Of a stretch of DNA of 32,000 bases, positions 26,596-32,000 are shown piece after piece. A model generated the notes under the pieces. That model had not been told where the DNA came from, did not search any database, and was given only the letters and a program-made list of their open reading frames with translations. Position numbers and translations under genes: made by a program. The stretch's first letter is position 1. Every line of letters starts with the position of its first letter. The stretch is from Trichodesmium erythraeum IMS101 (GTDB lineage: Bacteria > Cyanobacteriota > Cyanobacteriia > Cyanobacteriales > Microcoleaceae), in NCBI RefSeq assembly GCF_000014265.1, contig NC_008312.1:3420001-3452000 (forward strand), read 5' to 3'.

Positions 26596-27344
26596 GTGTG
26601 ATAGTGATAGGCGATCGCGCCGTGGGCAAAACTCACATGGGATTGGCCTTGGCCCAGCCAATTGGTGAATGGCGGGTTAAGATCATAGACCCATCTTATA
26701 AGACGCTGAGAGAAAAACTTCAAAAAGTAGATACTGGTGATATGGTTCCAACTAGAGACATGATAAGAAGACCAGTCAGGCTAGAAGTTCAGTTAAATCA
26801 CCGCAAAATTATAGAATCAGTTTGGGTAGATACTTCTGGGGAAATCTGGGAAACTGAATGGCAGGAAAAAAATGAAGATGATTGGAATGACTTTAAGGAA
26901 AAAATCGGTCAAAATATAGGCATCATTTTGTTATTACCTCCCTATAAAGAAATAGTGCTCAATCATTTGCTCAAGAAGGCATCCTCAGGTATGACTTTAG
27001 ATCCAGACCAATTAATGAATGCTCAAGGGTGGTCTAATAATTTAGAAGATTGGTTAAGGTTTTTCAATCAATATTGTAGTCGAGTAGATAACATTGCTAT
27101 TTGCCTACATAAAGCTGATTTATTCTGTGAAAGTCTTGACGATGAAGCAATAAAAATGCAGGGACATCCCGTCGAGCGTCAAAAACAAGTACGCAATAGA
27201 TATTTTGCTGTTGCTAAAGAAGTAATAAACAGAAATAACCGAGAGGTAAGGCCTTTTCAGTTTTTTATTACTAGTATTAGCAATTGTACTTTATTAGAAG
27301 CACCCTGGCTTTATTTAAGTCCTTTTATTCTCCATTATCGTTAA
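26592..27344 (+). CDS. Small Ras-superfamily-like P-loop GTPase (about 250 aa) with an atypical G4 motif
   Basis: G1 is GDRAVGKT, G3 is VDTSGE (DxxG), G4 is HKAD (in place of NKxD), and a possible G5 is ITSIS. The AGGAGG Shine-Dalgarno (26581-26586) lies 5 nt before the ATG at 26592. The ORF track begins at an in-frame GTG at 26586. Confidence 0.7.
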   Translation: MSVIVIGDRAVGKTHMGLALAQPIGEWRVKIIDPSYKTLREKLQKVDTGDMVPTRDMIRRPVRLEVQLNHRKIIESVWVDTSGEIWETEWQEKNEDDWNDFKEKIGQNIGIILLLPPYKEIVLNHLLKKASSGMTLDPDQLMNAQGWSNNLEDWLRFFNQYCSRVDNIAICLHKADLFCESLDDEAIKMQGHPVERQKQVRNRYFAVAKEVINRNNREVRPFQFFITSISNCTLLEAPWLYLSPFILHYR

Positions 27345-27348
27345 AAGT

Positions 27349-27399
27349 ATGACTCAGATTAGTATTATTGGTACTAGAGCTTGTGGCAAGACAACCTAA
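27349..27399 (+). pseudogene. Third P-loop N-terminal stub (MTQISIIGTRACGKTT*), out of frame with the following ORF
   Basis: The ATG lies 4 nt after the GTPase stop. The Walker A-like GTRACGKT is followed by TAA at 27397-27399. The downstream ORF continues in the -1 frame with ..LSLGAAPNY.., which suggests a 1-nt indel near 27390-27400. Confidence 0.5.
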
Positions 27400-27902
27400 G
27401 TTTAGGAGCTGCTCCTAACTATGCAGTAGCTTTACGAGCAGGTGCTGGTTTTGAAATGACGGCAGAAATGGAAGAAAGATTTGAACAAGAACAAGACAAT
27501 TTGACTAGTCCTAAATTACCTCGTATCAGAAATGTCTATCGCCTTCAACTAGTTACTGAAGACGATCCACATACTCCTATTGAAGAAAACTTATCTATTA
27601 AACTGCCATATCATACTAAAGGTAAACCAATAATTATTGGTGGTGATGGTAGTGATTATACTGATGTAGACATTTACTTGCCAGGTATTGCTGATAGATG
27701 TGCCTCTTTATCTGTAAATAACCGTGTCGTTGAAATTCAATGTTGGGCTACAGGAAAAGTTCAAATTAATCGAACTTTAATGGAAAGAAGGGGAAAAAAG
27801 TCACTCCGCCACGGTCAAATTATAACCTTGTTACGAAACGATAAACCAGACAAATATTACTGTTTTTGCTTCTATGACACTTTATATGATCCGCAAAGCT
27901 AA
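27381..27902 (+). CDS. FHA-like domain protein (non-canonical); true start uncertain (frameshifted fusion with the 27349 stub, or an internal ATG at 27456)
   Basis: The C-terminal half KPIIIGGDGSDYTDVDIYLPGIADRCASLSVNNRVVEIQCWATGKVQINRTLMERRGKKSLRHGQIITL follows the spacing of the FHA pattern (IGR...D..L....vSR.HA.i......D..S.NGT.vNg......L..GD.I.lG). The pThr-binding Arg/Ser/His/Asn positions are substituted. The ORF-track start is TTG. Confidence 0.45.
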   Translation: MWQDNLSLGAAPNYAVALRAGAGFEMTAEMEERFEQEQDNLTSPKLPRIRNVYRLQLVTEDDPHTPIEENLSIKLPYHTKGKPIIIGGDGSDYTDVDIYLPGIADRCASLSVNNRVVEIQCWATGKVQINRTLMERRGKKSLRHGQIITLLRNDKPDKYYCFCFYDTLYDPQS

Positions 27903-29256
27903 ACTGTTAGCAATAGCAGTTTTTTCTGCTATATTACCATTCGGTTGTGCCGCCATACCTGAAAATATAATTAGTCAAGATGACTGTAGTAATACTAAAG
28001 AAAATCGTCAAAAATGCCTGGAAATTACTCGTATAATTACAGCAGAAAAAAATACAGTCAAAATGCGGATTAAAGTTTATAATAAAGCAGGAAACTTTAA
28101 TCCCAATTTACAAGAATCAGATTTTTCTGTAGAAACCATTAGTGAATTTGGTAGCAAAAAAACTATTAAACCAACTGTTATTCTCCCTACTGATACTAGG
28201 GCAAAAACTACTCCCGCTGACATAATTATTATGTTAGATATGAGTGGGAGTATGAAGTTTAGAGATTCTAGTCCAGGTAGAAGACGCATTAAATTTAAGG
28301 GTGCTATTAATGCTATATACAAATTTATTGATGCCGCTAATGATAAGCCAAATTTAACTGTTAGAATAGGTTTAGCACCTTTCGGTAAAGGAGGTAACCA
28401 GTTTAAAGTAAGTAATAAAAGTTTAGATGCCAATTTTTACCCATCTAACAGTGAGAAGCTAAAGGAAAAAATAGAAGAGTTAGCCAATCAAGAACTCAGC
28501 GCTTCTACTAATTTATATCAGCCACTAGAAACTGCTGTTAAATATTTGATAAATTCAGTTAATTCGACCTCCGATAGTAATAATAAAACTGATGATTCTC
28601 AATCAAAACAGTTAGTGGTAATTGTGTTATCTGATGGGTTTCATAATCACGATCGCGACACAGAAGAAATACAATTTGAAAGATTAAAAAATATTCTCCA
28701 GCCTCAAGATTCACAAATGCCAAAGGTTAAAGTTCACACATTAGGTTATGGTCAATCTCTAACAGAAATATACAATAGTTCAAGATGTAATATTGAATTT
28801 ACTGACGCACAATTAACAATAGATGAAATAATTATTAAAGACAAAGTTATCAATAAAATTATTGATAATTGTAAACATCCAAGAATAAGGATTGACCAAT
28901 TAATCGTAGATCAACCACGTTTAAGAGAAATTGCTGATTCAACGGGAGGTATTCATCAATTTCCAGATAATGCTGAAGAGGTAGCTCAGAGTTTAATTAA
29001 ATTCCTAGAAAGTCTACAAGAATATGAATTAGAATATAAGCAACCAGATGGCGATCGGGCAACTAAATATCAAGTCAAAGTTTTAGTCAAAGGTCTTACT
29101 TCTAATGCCCAAGATTACCGTATTACTAACATTGGCTACGAACCTTTAGAATTCAAAACTAGGGGATTATTAATATTGGTAGCTCTAGTTATTTTTGGTA
29201 TTATAGGAGTATATCCCTTCATCGAATGGAGTAAAAAATTACGGGTAGATAGATAA
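27874..29256 (+). CDS. von Willebrand factor A (vWA) domain protein with lipoprotein-type signal peptide and C-terminal transmembrane anchor
   Basis: The N-terminus is MIRKAKLLAIAVFSAILPFGCAA, a signal with a lipobox-like Cys; an alternative ATG lies at 27886. The MIDAS residues are complete: IIIMLDMSGSM (DxSxS), ..ASTNLYQPLE (Thr) and ..VVIVLSDGFHN (Asp). The end-of-vWA motif is ..IADSTGGIHQF.. The C-terminal helix is LLILVALVIFGIIGVYPFI. It overlaps the preceding ORF by 17-29 nt. Confidence 0.85.
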   Translation: MTLYMIRKAKLLAIAVFSAILPFGCAAIPENIISQDDCSNTKENRQKCLEITRIITAEKNTVKMRIKVYNKAGNFNPNLQESDFSVETISEFGSKKTIKPTVILPTDTRAKTTPADIIIMLDMSGSMKFRDSSPGRRRIKFKGAINAIYKFIDAANDKPNLTVRIGLAPFGKGGNQFKVSNKSLDANFYPSNSEKLKEKIEELANQELSASTNLYQPLETAVKYLINSVNSTSDSNNKTDDSQSKQLVVIVLSDGFHNHDRDTEEIQFERLKNILQPQDSQMPKVKVHTLGYGQSLTEIYNSSRCNIEFTDAQLTIDEIIIKDKVINKIIDNCKHPRIRIDQLIVDQPRLREIADSTGGIHQFPDNAEEVAQSLIKFLESLQEYELEYKQPDGDRATKYQVKVLVKGLTSNAQDYRITNIGYEPLEFKTRGLLILVALVIFGIIGVYPFIEWSKKLRVDR

Positions 29257-29259
29257 ATT

Positions 29260-29646
29260 ATGATAGAATATACTTTAATCTTAAAAATACCCAATCTCGG
29301 TCATAAATAGATTTACTATTCAGTGAATCTAACTGGTAGTGATATTAATTATCCAGAAGATTATTTTCATAATCAAACTGATAGAGGACAAACTAATAGA
29401 TTAAATTTGCGTCAGGAAATAGAAAAGCAATAATTACGACAAGTAAATAAGGAGCAATTTAACCGAATTATTAATTAATGGAATTACGGTATTAAAAATG
29501 GTAAAAGTAATTTCATAAATGTTATTATATCCTTGGAGCTTTTATCTTTAGAAAATAATAATAATAAAGTTTCGGTTTGCTCGAATACAACCTCGACTAT
29601 TGAGAAAACTTTTACATCTGCTAATTACAACAATTCCCCAAGATAA
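29260..29646 (+). pseudogene. Possible decayed fifth gene of the cluster
   Basis: The ATG lies 4 nt after the vWA stop. One frame runs for 129 codons with only three internal stops (29308, 29431, 29476) in sequence so AT-rich that roughly ten would be expected. I recognise no family. Confidence 0.25.
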
Positions 29647-29871
29647 CTCAAACAAATCCAGGGGTTATGCCTAAGCTTAAAAACCTTTTTTATAACCAAA
29701 AATACAAAAAAATGTTAACCTAACATCGAGGAAATTTTGATTCCAAATTCATAAAATATGATGCCTATATTTGAAGCTAAATATAATAACAATTAAGCCT
29801 GTTTTTTATGGATTTATTTAAAATAAAATTAGTTTTAAAAAATCATAAATAAAATATTATAATCAAAAAAT

Positions 29872-31476
29872 ATGGAACTTCCTTACAATAAATGCCAACG
29901 AGAACTACAAGAACTTTTACAAGCTCAATATCCCTTGATTTTCTTACGTTCATCAGAAGAAATTCGAGCAATTAATTGCATAATAGCTGCCTATCGTTCT
30001 CTATGTAATAATAATATTATTGAAGGAGAACTAGCTGAATGGAGAAGTATTAATGGATTTTATAAATTAACAACAGAAAACAATTGGCAAAGCACAAATT
30101 ATGCACCACAACCAAACACCGATCCAATAATTTATGCCCTTGATTTTTTACAGACGCAATTACAAAATCAAGCCAGGAAAAACATAGACCAGCAATACAC
30201 CTATATTCTACCAGACTGGTCAAAACTCATAGAACCAACTTTTTATTTAACTACCCGCAAACTCAAAGAATTAGTCCTCGCGATCGCACAAACAAAACCC
30301 AGACCCAGAATGAACTTAATAATAGTAGGTTCTGATTGGTCAATTCCTACAAGTTTGCGTAATTATATTCACATATTAGACCTGCCCCTACCCATTGGAG
30401 AAGAACTTTATCAAAATATCTTTAAACTTGCTGTTACTAAATACAATTTAGCAGAAAATAGAGCCAAAGACCTTGCAGAAAAAGCTCAAGGAATGAACTT
30501 TCAAGCAGTAGCACAAACCGCAAAATTAATCACAACAAAAAAGCTGTGGCAACAACCAGAAGAAGCTTCCAAACTATTATTAGAAGTCAAAAAACAAGAA
30601 ATTGAAAAAATCGGCATCTTAGATTATTACGAACCACTAGGAGAAGGACTCCAAGAAGTTGGTGGTTTAGAAAACATCAAAACTTGGGTCAAAGAACGTT
30701 ATCCTTGGTTTGAACAAGATGCAGACCCAGATATGCGCCCCCGCGCTCTTTTACTTGAAGGGTTTCCTGGATGTGGAAAATCTTTTATTGCCAGAGCGAT
30801 CGCTATTGAATGGCGCGTTCCTCAAATTAACTTTGAAATTAGCAGATTACAATCTCAATGGGTAGGGGAGTCCGAAAGCAATACATATCAAGCTCTCAGA
30901 GCAATTGAAGCTTCCGCTCCCAACATTCTATTTATGGATGAAATCGAAAAAGCTTTTGCAGGAGTTGGTGGTGATAGTAGCGGTACTACTACCCGACAGT
31001 TTGGCACATTCCTAACTTGGCTTAATGACCACAAAGAACCAATTTTTTTTATTGCTACATCCAATGATCGTTCCATGCTACCACCAGAAATATTTCGTGC
31101 AGGGCGTTTTGATGAAACTTTTATTGTTATGCCTCCCACAACTAAAGAACGCTACGAAATTATTCAGAAACGAATCAAAGCTCGTCAACTCAAGCCAATT
31201 TCTGATTCACTTTTAGAATATTTAGTAAAAAACACTCTCGGATTTTCAGGAGCTGAACTTGATAAATTAGTTAAAGAAACCAAAATTTTAACTGGACTTA
31301 ATCAAGAACCAACTGAAACTAATTGGCAAAAAGCTCTGAATAAAATTAATCCACAATATAAAAATCCTAGAATGAAAGAGCTTTTAAAGTCTTACATAAA
31401 TTTAATTGTAGAAGGTAATGTACAATCAGCATCCGAAGTTGAAGAAGGCTTTTTTGAGGAACTATTATCAGAATAA
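29872..31476 (+). CDS. Classic-clade AAA+ ATPase (534 aa) with an ~270-aa N-terminal domain lacking Walker motifs
   Basis: Walker A is GFPGCGKS and Walker B is ILFMDEIEKAF. Sensor-1 is IATSND. The second region of homology with arginine fingers is PPEIFRAGRFDETFIV. I see no P-loop in the N-terminal region (YPLIFLRSSEEIRAI...). Confidence 0.9.
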   Translation: MELPYNKCQRELQELLQAQYPLIFLRSSEEIRAINCIIAAYRSLCNNNIIEGELAEWRSINGFYKLTTENNWQSTNYAPQPNTDPIIYALDFLQTQLQNQARKNIDQQYTYILPDWSKLIEPTFYLTTRKLKELVLAIAQTKPRPRMNLIIVGSDWSIPTSLRNYIHILDLPLPIGEELYQNIFKLAVTKYNLAENRAKDLAEKAQGMNFQAVAQTAKLITTKKLWQQPEEASKLLLEVKKQEIEKIGILDYYEPLGEGLQEVGGLENIKTWVKERYPWFEQDADPDMRPRALLLEGFPGCGKSFIARAIAIEWRVPQINFEISRLQSQWVGESESNTYQALRAIEASAPNILFMDEIEKAFAGVGGDSSGTTTRQFGTFLTWLNDHKEPIFFIATSNDRSMLPPEIFRAGRFDETFIVMPPTTKERYEIIQKRIKARQLKPISDSLLEYLVKNTLGFSGAELDKLVKETKILTGLNQEPTETNWQKALNKINPQYKNPRMKELLKSYINLIVEGNVQSASEVEEGFFEELLSE

Positions 31477-31581
31477 TATTACCCAAAAATTGGGTCTCTA
31501 TTATCTCACCCATAAGCGGGCGACTGTTTAGTTGTTTTTTTGAAATATATCTGTTATAATAATAGTTAATATTAACAAAAA

Positions 31582-31824
31582 ATGCCATTGAGCGAGAAAA
31601 CTTATGAATGTATTACTTGTGATTTGACTATAGACAGAGACTTTAATGCTGATATCAACGAGCAAAAAGTATATGAATAAGTAGTTTTAGCTAACTTAGG
31701 ATTTTGTGGCCTGGGTCTTATATCAGTTACAGACTGTGCTTAGTGGCATCAGCGTGAAATATTGAAGCTAGCTCTCAAGCTTATGCAATTCCTGCATAGG
31801 TAAATTTGGGAAAGCTTAATAGAA
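31582..31824 (+). mobile_element. IS200/IS605-family remnant: C-terminal 32 codons of tnpB (zinc-finger/RuvC-III region) plus downstream omega-RNA/right-end-like sequence
   Basis: MPLSEKTYECITCDLTIDRDFNADINEQKVYE* matches the TnpB C-terminal pattern C-x2-C ... DRD.NAA.NI. The downstream ~145 bp is homologous to the minus-strand copy at 9438-9612. No upstream tnpB body is present. Confidence 0.6.
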
Positions 31825-31852
31825 CCGATATCAAGTTACAAAGATTATAAAA

Positions 31853-32000
31853 ATGGAAATAGGAATTGCTATATTTGGTGCAGGTCGTTGGGGAGTTCAC
31901 TTAGTTCGTAATTTTCTCAATCATCCTCATTCTCGTGTTATTGCTATAGTAGATCCTCATGCAGAACACTTACAAGTAATTCAAAAACGCTTGCAATTGG
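31853..32000 (+). CDS. Gfo/Idh/MocA-family NAD(P)-dependent oxidoreductase, N-terminal fragment (continues beyond the window)
   Basis: My translation MEIGIAIFGAGRWGVHLVRNFLNHPHSRVIAIVDPHAEHLQVIQKRLQL shows a Rossmann GxGxxG start typical of this family. The frame is open to the window end. Confidence 0.6.
   Translation, partial: MEIGIAIFGAGRWGVHLVRNFLNHPHSRVIAIVDPHAEHLQVIQKRLQL

Noticed and set aside
28077-28433. ORF 28077..28433(-), antisense within the vWA gene
   Set aside because: It lies antisense inside the vWA gene, which has a complete MIDAS signature. Its translation has no recognisable motifs. It is a typical shadow ORF.
30888-31588. ORFs 30888..31139(-) and 31025..31216(+) within the AAA+ gene, and 31367..31588(-) overlapping its 3' end
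   Set aside because: The first two are an antisense frame and an alternative sense frame inside a well-supported AAA+ gene. The 31367..31588 ORF overlaps the AAA+ 3' end and runs into the AT-rich spacer. None has recognisable motifs.

Overview
AT-rich cyanobacterial chromosomal segment. The assignment rests on 11 copies of the HIP1 palindrome GCGATCGC, the cyanobacterial atp1 operon order, and a phycobilisome apcE gene. Contents from left to right follow.

- 3' end of crtH (carotenoid isomerase).
- An IS630-family insertion sequence whose two-frame transposase is joined at an A8 slippery run.
- A membrane-anchored S8 subtilase with a translationally coupled small ORF (minus strand).
- A ~3 kb gene-free decayed block holding an ABC-F ATPase pseudogene, a hypothetical pseudogene and a MITE-like element.
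- The F0F1 ATP synthase operon on the minus strand (I, a, c, b', b, delta, alpha, gamma). A 1.2 kb spacer carrying a TnpB 3'-end/omega-RNA-like remnant separates alpha from gamma.
- A class I SAM methyltransferase.
- A multiply disrupted DUF262 (GmrSD-like) gene plus an HNH remnant.
- A head-to-tail tandem duplication of apcE, giving a 702-aa two-REP copy and a 913-aa three-REP copy, bracketed by inverted short repeats.
- A tightly packed same-strand cluster: P-loop stub, Ras-like GTPase, P-loop stub fused to an FHA-like ORF, a vWA lipoprotein with a C-terminal TM anchor, a decayed frame, then a classic-clade AAA+ ATPase.
- A second TnpB/omega-RNA-like remnant.
- The 5' end of a Gfo/Idh/MocA-type oxidoreductase.

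Only about 60% of the window is intact coding sequence and many frames are broken. This fits a genome undergoing reductive evolution, as in symbiotic heterocystous cyanobacteria; that is inference, not demonstrated.

The two most interesting items are the tandem 2-REP/3-REP apcE pair and the GTPase / FHA-like / vWA / AAA+ cluster. I cannot assign the cluster to any named system. All alignments and identities were done by eye.
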